From: Candidatus Malihini olakiniferum
Lineage (GTDB): Bacteria > Pseudomonadota > Gammaproteobacteria > Enterobacterales > Enterobacteriaceae
Assembly: GCA_051305815.1 (NCBI GenBank)
Contig: JBPPLV010000027.1
Span: 61,428-125,427 of the forward strand
DNA length: 64,000 nt
Direction of reading: 5' to 3'
The notes below the pieces were generated by a model. The model searched no databases. It saw only the letters and a program-made list of their open reading frames with translations, and was not told where the DNA came from. Position 1 is the first letter of the stretch. The number at the start of each line of letters is the position of its first letter. This document shows positions 35,908 to 46,222 of the stretch, in pieces. Position numbers and translations under genes: made by a program.

Positions 35908-36507
35908 ATGTAATATCAAGATATTATCCAACGTTAGGCTACCAGTAGCCTTACGCCGCCACCGCACGTAAGAAACAATAAAAGTGAAGTGGCCCAGCTT
36001 ATCGAGTTACCATCTGCATCGGCTGCGGTTACTGTATCGCCGTGTGCCCATTCAATATTTCGCGCCTTAATAAAAGACAATAACCGGGTATACAAATGTA
36101 TGCTGTGTGTGGATAGCGTTAGCACCGGTCAGGAACCTGCCTCTGTGAAACCTGCCCAACCGGCGCTATTCATTTCGGTACTAAGGAAGAGATGAAACTA
36201 CTGTCTGAAGAACGGATCACGGATCTGAAAAAAACGCGGCTATGACAACTCAGGCCTGTAAGATCCGCAAGAGGTGGGCGGTACTCACGTCATGTACGTG
36301 CTGCACCATGTAGATAAACCGTCGCTCTACAATAATCCGCCCGATAATCCGCAGATCTCTGCACTGGTTAATTTGTGGAAAAGCATACTCAAACTGCTGG
36401 CAAAAATCGGCTTTGTTGCTACTTTTTCCGGTTTGATTTTCCACTATGTTGACGTTTTGCAGAACACGGAAGAGACAGAGCATGACCACGACGAGGAGGA
36501 GAAGTAA
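35908..36507 (+). pseudogene. fdnH: Formate dehydrogenase iron-sulfur subunit, nonsense codons plus an internal deletion of about 100 codons
   Basis: The reading is M*YQDIIQR*ATSSLTPPPHVRNNKSEVAQLIE, then directly ..[40 protein letters not shown]. The C-terminal GGTHVMYVLHHVDKP...FHYV is in ORF 36274..36507. Confidence 0.88.
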
Positions 36508-37138
36508 TGAGCAAGCAGAAAATGATTGTGCGCATCAAATTTGTTGATCGCATCTATAACTGGATTGTGGTCATCAGCTGTTTCCTGGTGGTACTTTCAG
36601 GCATCACACTGTTTTTTTCCGACGCTGCAATGGCTGACTCAGACCTTCGGTACACCGAAGATGGGGGCATCATACACTCATTCTTCGGTATTCTGATCGT
36701 GATTTGTCTGGTTTTCATGTTCTTCAGCTTTGTGAGCCACAACATTCTGAAACGCGGTGATATTCCCTGATTTCTACATATTATTGAGGTACTGAAAGGC
36801 AACGAGCACAACGTATCGGATGTGGGTAAATACAACCAGGACAAAAGCTGATGTTCTGGAGCATCATGGGTTGACGCTGGTGTTACTGGTTACAGGCATC
36901 ATCATGTGGCGGCCTTACTTTGCGCATCTGTTCCCGATTGATATCGTCCGTTATGCTATTTTGGTGCACGCTGCAGCGGCTATCGTGTTGATCCACGTTA
37001 TCCTCATTCATATGTATATGGCGTCTGGATGCGCGGTTCTATCAAGGGCATGATTGAAGGTAAGGTATCTGCCAAGTGGGCGGCAAGCACCACTCGCGTT
37101 GGGCACGCCAGGTGCTTAACGAAGAAGAGAAGAAGTAA
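36507..37138 (+). pseudogene. fdnI: Formate dehydrogenase cytochrome b556 subunit, frameshifted
   Basis: MSKQKMIVRIKFVDRIYNWIVVISCFLVVLSGI... (ORF 36507..36770) is followed by ..LLVTGIIMWRPYFAHLFPIDIVRYAILVHAAAAIVLIHVILIHMYMA (ORF 36820..37053) and a tail in a third frame. The start shows a TAATG overlap with fdnH. Confidence 0.88.
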
Positions 37139-37143
37139 ATCTT

Positions 37144-37175
37144 GATTCCCGGCTAAACACCGGGAATCTCCTTTT
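37144..37175 (+). terminator. Terminator hairpin after fdnI; a second GC hairpin (37178..37201) lies just downstream of the convergent pgl
   Basis: The hairpin gattcccgg-ctaaaca-ccgggaatc is followed by tctcctttt. Confidence 0.6.
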
Positions 37176-37210
37176 GTGGTGCTCGCACCTGCGCGAGCAC
37201 CCAGTTTGCC

Positions 37211-38209
37211 TCAATCAAGCACCAGTATACTCACCCACATCGGCCCCTTCCCTACGGCATAACGCGCCAACGGTTGCAGTTTTCCGCTTTCCTGATTGAT
37301 ACGATATACCTCAATGTGCTGTGACTTTTGCCCGGCAGAGATCACAAACTCACCGCTATGATCGATGTTGAACCCACGCGGTTGCATCTCAGTCGGTTGA
37401 TGCTCAACAAGAGACAGGGTGCTACCATCTTCTGACACCTGGAAGATGCTCAACAAGCTAGCCGTACGATCGCTGCAATAAAGGAAAAGACCATTAGGTG
37501 TCAAATGAATATCTGCCGCCCAGCGTGTGTCTACAAAGCCCTGCGGCATAGCATCCAGTGACTGCACGGTACGCGCTTTTCCCTCTACCGAGTGCAGTTC
37601 AATCACATCAACCGTGCTATTAAGCTCATTCACACAGTAAGCAAAGCGCTGATTTGAATGGAAATCCATATGCCGAGGGCCAGCACCTCCCACCGCACGC
37701 AGCTCTGCTTGTGCGGCAACGGACAGCTCACCCTCGTTAGATACGTCATATAACCGGATGCGGTCCTCTTTCAAACACGGTGTCCAAAGCACTCGGTTTT
37801 CAGGATCGATATTGCTGGAGTGGCAACCAGACAGGCCATCTAACTGTTGGATAGGCTCGCCAACGATGCCCTGTTCGTCAATCGGGCTAACGCTTAATAT
37901 TTCGCTACTGTAGGAAGCACTGAATAGGAAACGCTCTTGCCTGTCTGTAGATAAATGTGTCGGACTACCGGGCAGTGAGGCGGAACCGACCTGTGTCAAC
38001 AGACCTTGCGCATCAATGTGGTAACTGATGGCTGAGAAAGACGGGCGCACGCCAACGTAAAGATGCTGTTTATTGGGTGCTATTACCATCGGCTGCACCT
38101 GGCCCGGCGTATCAACAACCTGTAACAGCGTTAGCTGTCCCGAGGATGCCAACTGCCACACTTGAATCTGTTGGCTTTCCGGGCTGGCGATATAGACCAC
38201 TTGCTGCAT
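37211..38209 (-). CDS. pgl: 6-phosphogluconolactonase (YbhE type, beta-propeller)
   Basis: The 332-aa ORF ([20 protein letters not shown]...) has conserved neighbourhood with ybhA and modC. Confidence 0.93.
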   Translation of the reverse strand: MQQVVYIASPESQQIQVWQLASSGQLTLLQVVDTPGQVQPMVIAPNKQHLYVGVRPSFSAISYHIDAQGLLTQVGSASLPGSPTHLSTDRQERFLFSASYSSEILSVSPIDEQGIVGEPIQQLDGLSGCHSSNIDPENRVLWTPCLKEDRIRLYDVSNEGELSVAAQAELRAVGGAGPRHMDFHSNQRFAYCVNELNSTVDVIELHSVEGKARTVQSLDAMPQGFVDTRWAADIHLTPNGLFLYCSDRTASLLSIFQVSEDGSTLSLVEHQPTEMQPRGFNIDHSGEFVISAGQKSQHIEVYRINQESGKLQPLARYAVGKGPMWVSILVLD

Positions 38210-38282
38210 GCTTTTCTCCTTGGTTTATCGCATTTTGCGCCATAACAGTTATGGTGTAACATTATGGGCGTTAACAAAATTT

Positions 38283-38455
38283 TATACCCTAAATAATTCG
38301 AGTTTCACAAAGGCGGTAAGTGATTCAGGTGATAAATCTGCCGGGAGTAGACTTGAACACGCCGCGTGCGGTGGCTTCATAAGAGGTGAAGCCCAAGGAT
38401 GAGCCGAATAACGAGCAAAAACAACGCACATGCAACGTGCAATATGACAGGTATA
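38283..38455. repeat. ERIC/IRU-like intergenic repeat
   Basis: Its termini are tataccctaaataattcgagttt.. and ..caacgcacatgcaacgtgcaatatgacaggtata, an imperfect inverted repeat matching ERIC ends. Its core is shared with 2463..2707. Confidence 0.7.
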
Positions 38456-38472
38456 CTCTCTATAGGATCGCT

Positions 38473-39221
38473 ATGACGTATCGTATCATTGCTCTTGATT
38501 TGGATAGCACTTTACTGGACAGACAAAAGAAGTTTTACCGGAATCCCTCACCGCACTAGTGTTGGCACACCAACAGGGTGCCAAGGTGGTCATTGTCACT
38601 GGGCGACACTACTCCGCAATACATCCGTTCTATCAAGCATTTGATCTGGATACGCCAGCCATTTGCTGTAATGGCACCTATTTATACGACTATGAGAAAA
38701 AACAGACATCGCAAGCTAATCCGCTGACGGCATGCTGTATTAAGAGCCAACCAGTCATGTGATTCGCACTCAGGCGTGGGGTGAAACGCTGACGTCACAT
38801 CAGCGCCCCACATTCCTCCACGCTGACAGTCTGTTGAACGCCACCGATCAGGTGAAAAACATCTGGAAATGTGCTCTCTTGCACACGGATACTCAGGCGT
38901 TGGATCACTACGCTCAACAGGTCATGGATGAGTTTAGCTTGACCTGCGAGTGGTCCTGGCAGGATCGGGTTGACGTGGCGCGCAAAGCGAAAATAACAAG
39001 GGGAAGCTGCTACGTGAGTGGGTCACTTCTCAGGACCATGCCATGAGCGAAGTGCTGTCCTTCAGCGATAACTTTAATGACATTAGTATGCTGAAGCTGA
39101 CGGGCTTGGCGTTGCCATTGGTAACAGCGATGATGCCGTTAAAACACACGCTGATCTGGTTATCGGACACAATGAAGAGCATTCCATTGCGTAGTTGATC
39201 CGCCAGCGCGTTTTACAGTAA
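38473..39221 (+). pseudogene. ybhA: Cof-type HAD phosphatase (pyridoxal phosphate phosphatase YbhA), multiply frameshifted
   Basis: MTYRIIALDLDSTLL.., ..VVIVTGRHYSAIHPFYQAFDLDTPAICCNGTYLYDY.., ..CEWSWQDRVDVAR.. and ..FSDNFNDISML.. lie in different frames. Confidence 0.85.
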
Positions 39222-39357
39222 GCCCTTCCCTCAGCCACTTCATTTGTCATCTTCAGCGAAAGCCGGGGATCTCTGCCAGAAAAAACGCGTGTAGCCTGTC
39301 AGAGATCCCCACCTTGGCAGGAATGACGTGAGGAAAGACGGGAATGGCCTGATATGA

Positions 39358-40370
39358 CTATGCCGTTATCGACACACTCTTGATCTGTGCATAAAGCCAC
39401 ATATCCGCGCGCAGTCTCAAATCATCGCGTGCCCAAGGTGACATTAGCGCCCACAGGATCTGTCCACCAACCGACAGTTTCACTTCAACCCGTTCATCAA
39501 CGTCGATGCATTCCAACACTTTGGTAGGTAACACGTTACGAATACTGCTCGCTATTGACGGCTGCGATACCAAAGAGACATCTACAGCATTGACACGAAT
39601 GCGCAATAGTGTTTTCAGTGGCATAGAAACGCGATTCACCACAGCCGCTGTTCGCCCAGCGACAGAGCCATCATGGCGTAAGGTTCATGCTGTTCCAGTA
39701 CTGTCAGTTGAGAATGCTGCTTTGCTCATCACTCGGCAGGTATGGACGCATCACACTGCTCGCCCAGACCTTTTCCAGCTTGCCTTCTGCCTTGATTTTT
39801 CCTTATCCAGTACCACGATCTGTCCGCCAGTCGCACAATCTCTTCCATACTGTGGCTGACGTACAGAATAGGGATGTTGACCTCTTTTGCCAGCGTTTCT
39901 AGATAGGGCAATAACTCACGTTTGCGCGGCAGATCGAGCGATGCCAGCGGCTCATCCATCAGCAGCAGTTCCGGTGCCGTCCGCAATACACGGCCAATCG
40001 CCACACGCTACTTTTCGCCGCCATAGAGGGTCAGCGGTAGCCGGTTTAACAGTGCTTCAATTCCCAATAATCCAACAATGGCATCGAACTGCGACTTCAT
40101 GGAAGGGGCCACATACCATAGCGCAAATTCCCTTGCACACGATAATGCGGGAAAAGCCGCGCATCCTGAAAAAACATAACTCACATAGCGTTTTTTAGGC
40201 GGCAGATAAATCCGTTTTTCCGCGTCCATTAACACACGATCGTTGAGCACGATACGTCCAGACTGCGGGCACGTAAGGCCAACCACCGCTGAAATGCCCG
40301 AGGCGGGTAATCGCGTATCAATAGGCAAATCAGGATCGCCGAGGCGTTGATGAACATTAAGCTCCAGCAT
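39358..40370 (-). pseudogene. modC: Molybdate ABC transporter ATPase ModC: Walker A deleted in frame, plus a stop and frameshifts
   Basis: MLELNVHQRLGD..LPASGISAVVG|LTCPQSGRIVLN lacks the GxSGAGKTS segment. LSGGEK is followed by a stop. The Walker [13 protein letters not shown] and the C-terminal Mop domain (ORF 39358..39642) are in other frames. Confidence 0.9.
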
Positions 40371-40640
40371 TACACCCCCAACCGTTTGCGGACCCAGCAG
40401 ATTAACCACTCAGAGAGCAGCAACGATGCTATGAGAGAGCAGAATAGAATCACGCACAGAGCCGTGCACATCAGCTTCTACACCCGGGGTTTGAATCAGT
40501 GTATACATCGCCGACGGGATGGTACGCGTTTTTCGCCTTGACACATTGATGCTTGGAAGGAAAATCACAGTGGGCATTTTTATGTGCCAATGGCAGCGAA
40601 AAATCTGCGCTGGCGCGTGCATTATCAGGTGAACTCCCTT
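40370..40640 (-). pseudogene. modB: Molybdate ABC permease ModB, C-terminal remnant
   Basis: ..TRTIPSAMYTLIQTPG.. (ORF 40410..40622) and the tail ..LLLSEWL.. are in a shifted frame. The remnant shows a TAATG overlap with modC. The N-terminal two thirds are missing. Confidence 0.75.
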
Positions 40641-40789
40641 TACTCAAGGGTTCACAACAGTGCGATTTTCCTCGCGTTGTTCGTCTGTCATTAGAAGAGT
40701 AGTTGCAACAACTAGTCACGCAAGAGTGGCAACACAACAACACAGACATGCTCAGCGCCGACGAAGACGATACTGGACGTTACTACCGC

Positions 40790-41248
40790 TGAAGTGATTC
40801 AGGATGAAATTCAGGATCCCGCTCGTTGTACCACGCTGGCAGTATTATTTGGCATTACCCCTCTGCTCTCCCGCCGTTTTAAATACCTTTCTACCAGGGA
40901 AACGCGAAAAGTGATGCTGTTGCCAGGTGGCGTAATCATGGTGCTGTATCTCAACCACACCATTGAAAAAATTCAAAAATTCAATGAGACTCTGACGCTA
41001 CCTTTGCTGTGTGAGGCCATCCATGAAAGCACGGTATTGCGCGTGCGCCCTAAAGTGATGACGGTCGCCACCATTATGGCCGGGCTGCTTTCCATTATGT
41101 GAGGCGGTGGCACCCCGGGGCAGAAGTTATGCAACGTATCGCCGCTCGGATGGTAGTCGGCATGGTGACTACACCACCGCTGCTGTCGATGTTGGTGATT
41201 CCTGCGTTCTATCTGCTAACACACCGTAAGCGCGGCGATACCGTCTAA
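40790..41248 (+). pseudogene. cusA: CusA/CzcA-type heavy-metal RND efflux pump, C-terminal remnant
   Basis: The reading ..GGVIMVLYLNHTIEK...EAIHESTVLRVRPKVMTVATIMAGLLSIM*GGG.. then ..AEVMQRIAARMVVGMVTTPPLLSMLVIPAFYLL.. (shifted frame) matches the last ~150 residues of CusA. Confidence 0.8.
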
Positions 41249-41270
41249 ATGGTAATCTCGTCATAGCAGC

Positions 41271-41301
41271 CCATACTGACACTGGATCAGTATGGTTTTT
41301 A
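41271..41301 (+). terminator. Rho-independent terminator after the cusA remnant
   Basis: The hairpin ccatactga-cactgga-tcagtatgg is followed by ttttt. Confidence 0.65.
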
Positions 41302-41514
41302 TTCGGGGGATTCAGGTTATCGATGAATTCGCTGGCAAAACAGGTCTTCCAGACCATTGTAGTGAGCTGAAATGAGAAAGCCATAACGTGATAATGAGCA
41401 AAGTTAATGCAGATCAATCAGGTTAATCGGTGACTATTGATTGCCGTTAATTGTAGCGCAGCAATATAATGAAAGCAGTTATCACTGAAATATTAGGAAT
41501 AAAGGAGTTTAGCT

Positions 41515-42267
41515 ATGGCTGTAACTAAGCTGGTACTGGTGAGACACGGTGAGAGCAAGTGGAACAATGAAAACCGCTTCACAGGCTGGTACGATGTTGA
41601 CCTATCCGATAAGGGCCGATCAGAAGCCAAAGCTGCTGGTAAATTGCTGAAAGATAAAGGTTTCTCATTCGATTTCGCTTATACCTCTGTGCTGAAACGT
41701 GCCATTCACACGCTGTGGAACATCCTGGACGAGCTGGATCAGGCTTGGCTGCCGGTAGAAAAGAGCTGGAAACTGAACGAACGCCACTACGGCGCGTTAC
41801 AGGGTCTTAACAAAGCAGACACCGCAGAAAAATACGGTGATGACCAGGTTAAACAATGGCGTCGTAGTTTTGCTATCACTCCGCCTGCACTGACTCGTGA
41901 GGATGAGCGTTTCCGTGGCCACGATCCGCGCTACGCATCATTGACTGACGATGAACTGCCGCAGACAGAAAGTCTGGCACTGATCATTGAGCGCGTTGTG
42001 CCGTTCTGGAAAGAAACTATTCTGCCACGCATCAAGAACGGTGAGCGCGTTATCATCGCTGCACACGGTAACTCCCTGCGTGCGCTGGTGAAATACCTGG
42101 ACAACATGGGCGAAGACGAAATCCTTGAGCTGAATATCCCGACTGGTGTGCCGTTGGTGTATGAGTTCGATGAAAACTTCAAGCCTATCAAACATTACTA
42201 CTTGGGCGATGCTGACGAGATCGCAGCTAAAGCCGCTGCTGTTGCTAACCAAGACAAAGCTAAATAA
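41515..42267 (+). CDS. gpmA: 2,3-bisphosphoglycerate-dependent phosphoglycerate mutase
   Basis: The 250-aa ORF has the [20 protein letters not shown] catalytic motif. Confidence 0.97.
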   Translation: MAVTKLVLVRHGESKWNNENRFTGWYDVDLSDKGRSEAKAAGKLLKDKGFSFDFAYTSVLKRAIHTLWNILDELDQAWLPVEKSWKLNERHYGALQGLNKADTAEKYGDDQVKQWRRSFAITPPALTREDERFRGHDPRYASLTDDELPQTESLALIIERVVPFWKETILPRIKNGERVIIAAHGNSLRALVKYLDNMGEDEILELNIPTGVPLVYEFDENFKPIKHYYLGDADEIAAKAAAVANQDKAK

Positions 42268-42290
42268 GTTGTGTTTGACTTGCAGTAACA

Positions 42291-42317
42291 AAAAACCCGG
42301 CACTCGCCGGGTTTTTT
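42291..42317. terminator. Bidirectional rho-independent terminator between gpmA and aroG
   Basis: The sequence is aaaaa-cccggc-actc-gccggg-tttttt. Confidence 0.85.
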
Positions 42318-42329
42318 GTATCAGCGATA

Positions 42330-43261
42330 TTACCGCGCGCGCCGTTATTTCACCGCAGCAGCGAGTTGACGCAATAAGATATCTGTATCTTCCCAAGTGT
42401 CAATACACGCATCTGTCACAATGCGGCCATAGACCAGTGCTCGCCGCTTTCTAGGCTCTGATTTCCTTCCACCACCAGATGGGCTCTCCGTAATAGCAGG
42501 TTCCTCCGCCAGCAATCTGCGCACACATATTAGCCCCCACGTTCATCTTTTTATTGAACTGTTTGCTACTGTTGGCATGACTGAAATCGATCATCACCTG
42601 CGGGTGTAACCCGGCTTTCTCTAGCCCTTCTTTAACAGTGATCAAGTACTCAGCACTGTAATTTGGTGCTTTCCGCCACGCAAAATAATATAGCAATCGT
42701 TGTTACCACTGGTGTTGACGATGGTAGAGTCTCCCCATTTGGTCAACGACAGGAGGCAGTGCGGTGCACTCGTTGCGTTAATAGCATCAATCGCCACTTT
42801 AATCGTGCCATCGGTACCATTTTTGAAGCCAACCGGACAGAGAGACCGGAAGCAAGCTTGCGGTGTTACCTGATATTCAGTGGTACGTGCACCGGCGCCC
42901 CGCTCATCAGGTCAGGCGACATCATATCCAGAAATTGGCCCGCGGCAGGCAACCCTGTATCGTTGATTTCCACCAGCAGCTGATCGATACGCAACCCATC
43001 GTTAATCTAGAAGCTGTTATCCATATGCGGTCATTAATCAGCCCTTTCCACCCCACAGTTGTGTACGGTTTCTTGAAAAAGACACGCATCACCACCTCTA
43101 ACTCGTCACTCAATTCATTGCGCAGCGTGAGCAGACGTGTAGCGTATTCTTTTGCTGCCTTGGTATGCAGCACGCAGTGGCCGGAAATTTCTCCAGCAAC
43201 GCGACAGGGGTAACAATTCTTTGATCTCTTTAATTCTTAAGTTATCATTTTGGTAATTCAT
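42330..43261 (-). pseudogene. aroG: Phe-sensitive DAHP synthase AroG, multiply frameshifted and shortened
   Basis: It starts [18 protein letters not shown]. Collinear pieces lie in ORFs 42922..43173 ([43 protein letters not shown]) and 42451..42696 (PNYSAEYLITVKEGLEKAGLHPQVMIDFSHANSSKQF). There is a premature TAA near the 3' end. Confidence 0.9.
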
Positions 43262-43487
43262 CATTTATCCATCGATTCTTGCGCAGAAAATGCCACATAT
43301 TGCCAATAGGAAACGGTTGCAGGGCGATTACTCTGGCGTTTAACAATGGAACTGTTCATATTGCAGCGCGCGAATGACGCGAGAATGATAAGTCAAGCGT
43401 ATCGGGTACTCCACAACAATATCGCGCTATTTTACGCGGTAAAATTCTGTTACCACACCGCTATGCCGCGTTTTCCAACGCTCAATT

Positions 43488-44186
43488 CTACAATTGACGT
43501 TGTGCGTACGATGGAGTTTTACGCTGACGCGCTTCCTTGATCCACAACCGGGTGCCATTAAGGGCAATCCCCGTCAAAATCAGGTATTCCATCGCCATCA
43601 CATAAACGCTCTGATACGTAAAGATCACCACGCTGATAATGTTAACCACAACCCACAGTATCCAGTTCTCCACATACTTACGCGTCATTAGCACCATTGC
43701 TATCATAGAGAGTACCATCATACTGGAATCCCAGAAGGGAAACGCATCTGGCTGTAGTGTCGGCGTGGTCACTGCGATGCCAGTCAGGGTAGCAAATACT
43801 GCATCGATGTATACCGTCATTAGACCAATCGCGAGTGCACCTAATACTGACCAGGCAAGCAATCTGGGAAGCGGTAACCAGCGTATTTTCAAAACGATAT
43901 CCTGCTGATCTGTACCACGTGTCCAGGCATACCAGCCGTAGACATTCGCCATAAAGAAAAAGATTTGCAGCAGCAGGCTAGCATAAAGCTGAATCTGGAA
44001 AAAGATAACAGCAAACAGTGAAACGTTGATCAGGCCGAACAGGTAATTGATGTTTTTTTCCAGGCTGGCAAGCCAGATACAGAGCAGACCGCACAACGCA
44101 CCGATGGCTTCAATCCAGGAAAGTTTATACCCTCCCACACCGAGCGGGATATGAATCAAAATGTTGCTGGTACTGAAAAAGTCCAT
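43488..44186 (-). CDS. pnuC: Nicotinamide riboside transporter PnuC
   Basis: The 232-aa ORF is collinear with E. coli PnuC (MDFFS..NIL.HIP.G.GGY.LSWIEA...QIQLYASLLLQ.FFF..N.YGWYAW...TRKYVENW.LWV..N). Confidence 0.92.
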   Translation of the reverse strand: MDFFSTSNILIHIPLGVGGYKLSWIEAIGALCGLLCIWLASLEKNINYLFGLINVSLFAVIFFQIQLYASLLLQIFFFMANVYGWYAWTRGTDQQDIVLKIRWLPLPRLLAWSVLGALAIGLMTVYIDAVFATLTGIAVTTPTLQPDAFPFWDSSMMVLSMIAMVLMTRKYVENWILWVVVNIISVVIFTYQSVYVMAMEYLILTGIALNGTRLWIKEARQRKTPSYAQRQL

Positions 44187-44296
44187 TTTACCACCCCATA
44201 GTTATCGTCAAATGAGGAAATTCTGCTCCAATTAGACCCCCAAACGGGGTATATGTTAGCAGCCGGTTGGTAAGAAGGCACTTAAAGTTTCGCATA

Positions 44297-44343
44297 CTAA
44301 ACAAGTAATGAATAATGCGTTTTATTATTCATTACTTGTTTAG
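44297..44343. repeat. Perfect 20-bp inverted repeat with a 7-nt loop
   Basis: The sequence is ctaaacaagtaatgaataat-gcgtttt-attattcattacttgtttag. It directly abuts the stop of the DUF554 pseudogene and lies about 110 bp upstream of pnuC. Confidence 0.9.
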
Positions 44344-45016
44344 TCAAAATAAAACTAACCAAACCAGCGCTGGCAAGAAGTTTACTACGGCAAACATTTT
44401 GATCTGCGCAATGCGTAGCCCTACCGCCATTATGATAATACCGCCACAAGCGGCAAACCCCCATAGTAATGTCATTCATAAACGGCATGATCAACTGTGC
44501 AGAGAAAAACAACAACGCCTGAACAATAAATTGCGGTACAGCGCAGAAATAACCGCAGCCCCGAGCGTGATAGAAAAAATCAGCGCAGTAAACACATCCA
44601 GTACAGATTTGATCACCAGCAGTTGATAGTCTCCTGTTAGCCCTTCCGTCAGAGCACCACCCACTCCGGTATCGCTGGCACAAAACAGCACAATTAAGGT
44701 AGTAAAATTCTGTGTATACACGTCCGTTAGTAGCTTGTGCCGTGGAGGTGGAAGGACACAACTTAACACCCGTTAGATCCAGATGCCCGATGCTCCAGTC
44801 GCAGCAGTTCACCCAATGCAACACTGAGTACCACCTCAGTGCCACAGCAGGCAATTGATGCACCTTGACCACTAATGTTATCCCTATAGCAATGGAGATC
44901 ATGACAAATACAGGCGGTACACCATCACGAAGGTGCTGTGGAATAAAACGACTCAGGGAAATGCTCAGAACGCCGCCAATAATAATGGCGGAACCGTTAA
45001 TCAGAGGACTAATCAT
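44344..45016 (-). pseudogene. DUF554 (YqgA-like) membrane protein, frameshifted
   Basis: MISPLINGSAIIIGGVLSISLSRFIPQHLRDGVPPVFVMISIAIGITLVVKV.. and ..LIVLFCASDTGVGGALTEGLTGDYQLLVIKSVLDVFTALIFSITLGAAV.. (ORF 44491..44769) are in different frames. The tail ..GLRIAQIKMFAVVNFLPAL.. is in a third. Confidence 0.75.
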
Positions 45017-45201
45017 AACACTCCTTACCCTACATCTACATGTTACTGACAACGAGACTTCAGTGGATTTCCCTCAGCAATTACTGCGGGCAGAAAAACA
45101 CAAAGAACCTACTATACTCCCACCAGAACCTGCCTAAAGGCAAGATCGCGTAATACGCAGTCCGACATGCACAGACTCATCGTTAGGATCATAAAACTTA
45201 C

Positions 45202-45225
45202 TTTTATGTAAGTACTTACATAAAA
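45202..45225. promoter_or_regulatory. Perfect 24-bp palindrome in the qorB-like promoter region (candidate operator)
   Basis: The palindrome ttttatgtaagt|acttacataaaa lies about 60 bp upstream of the ATG at 45288. Confidence 0.4.
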
Positions 45226-45287
45226 TTTATTTAAGGCTTTATAGTAACTTCCACATCAATCAAGCCTTCAAAAGAAGGAGTAAGATC

Positions 45288-46142
45288 ATGACTGTTGCTA
45301 TAACTGGAGCCACCAGCCAACTGGGCCAATTAATTATCGCCAAACTCAAACAAAAAATTGCTGGCAGTAATATTGTTGCGTTGGTTCGCAGCCCAGAAAA
45401 AGCTAAAAGCCTGGGTGTCACACCCGCGCTGCCGATTATGCACAACCGGTCACGCTCTAAGCCGCCTTATCTGGTGTAGATACTCTTCTGCTAATTTCTG
45501 GCAATGAGATCGAACAACGCGCAGTGCAACATGCAAATGTGATTGCTGCGGTAAAAAGAACGATGTAAAGCGCATTGTTTATACCAGCTTACTGCATGCT
45601 GACACCTCACCGCTCAACCTGGCTCCAGAGCATTTTGAGACGGAAAAAACCCTGAAAGCATCAGGCATTGACTACATTATTCTGCGCAATGGCTGGTACA
45701 CCGAAAACTATACTGGCTCCATCGCCCCGACCTTAGCTAACGGAGCCTTCTATGGCAGTCCCGGAGAAGGGAAAATCACTCTGCCGCACGTGAAGATTTT
45801 GCAGAGACAGCCGTATTCATGCTTACGTAGGAAGGCCAAAGCGGAAAAAAGTATGAGTTGGCTGGCGATGAAACTTACACTCTGGCGCAACTTGCAGCGG
45901 AAGTCACAAAGCAAAGCGATAAATAGATTCCATACAAAAATATTCCTGAAGCTGATTACGCTGCTACGTTGAAAGCCGCAGGTCTGCCTGAAGAGTTTAC
46001 GGCAGTACTGCATCGTGGAATGTGTGCATCTCAAGATGGGTTATATGAAGCCGTCACATCAGCTCTCCGCGCTGATAGGAGGGAGGCCCAACCACGGCCC
46101 GCTCTGTCTGTTTCGGTCGCAGCCGCATTAAAAGCGCTCTGA
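45288..46142 (+). pseudogene. qorB: NmrA/QorB(YtfG)-like NAD(P)H:quinone oxidoreductase, frameshifted
   Basis: MTVAITGATSQLGQLIIAKL...IVALVRSPEKA.. is followed by ..VYTSLLHADTSPLNLAPEHFETEKTLKASGIDYIILRNGWYTENY.. in other frames. Confidence 0.8.
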
Positions 46143-46149
46143 TATCATC

Positions 46150-46177
46150 AGGCCTGCCTACCCAGCAGGCCTTTTTA
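46150..46177 (+). terminator. Rho-independent terminator after the qorB-like gene
   Basis: The hairpin aggcctgc-ctaccca-gcaggcct is followed by ttttt. Confidence 0.7.
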
Positions 46178-46222
46178 TTCAAACCATCATTATTTCAACA
46201 GATTTTCTGCTGAGTGAGGCAC

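Noticed and set aside
40640-40760. A Cys-rich 92-codon minus-strand ORF (40471..40749) upstream of the modB remnant.
   Set aside because: It overlaps the modB remnant in a different frame and has no family resemblance. It is most likely a chance ORF across a deletion scar between the modB and cusA fragments.
41385-41410. A Fur-box-like sequence (gataatgagcaaagttaat) upstream of gpmA, which is Fur-regulated in E. coli.
   Set aside because: Only about 12 of 19 positions match the Fur consensus, which is not enough to call a site.
44297-45052. A 251-codon ORF that looks like an intact protein.
   Set aside because: Only about the first 60 residues after the internal Met (MISPLINGS...) match the DUF554 family. 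The remainder is an out-of-frame read-through, and the true continuation is in ORF 44491..44769.
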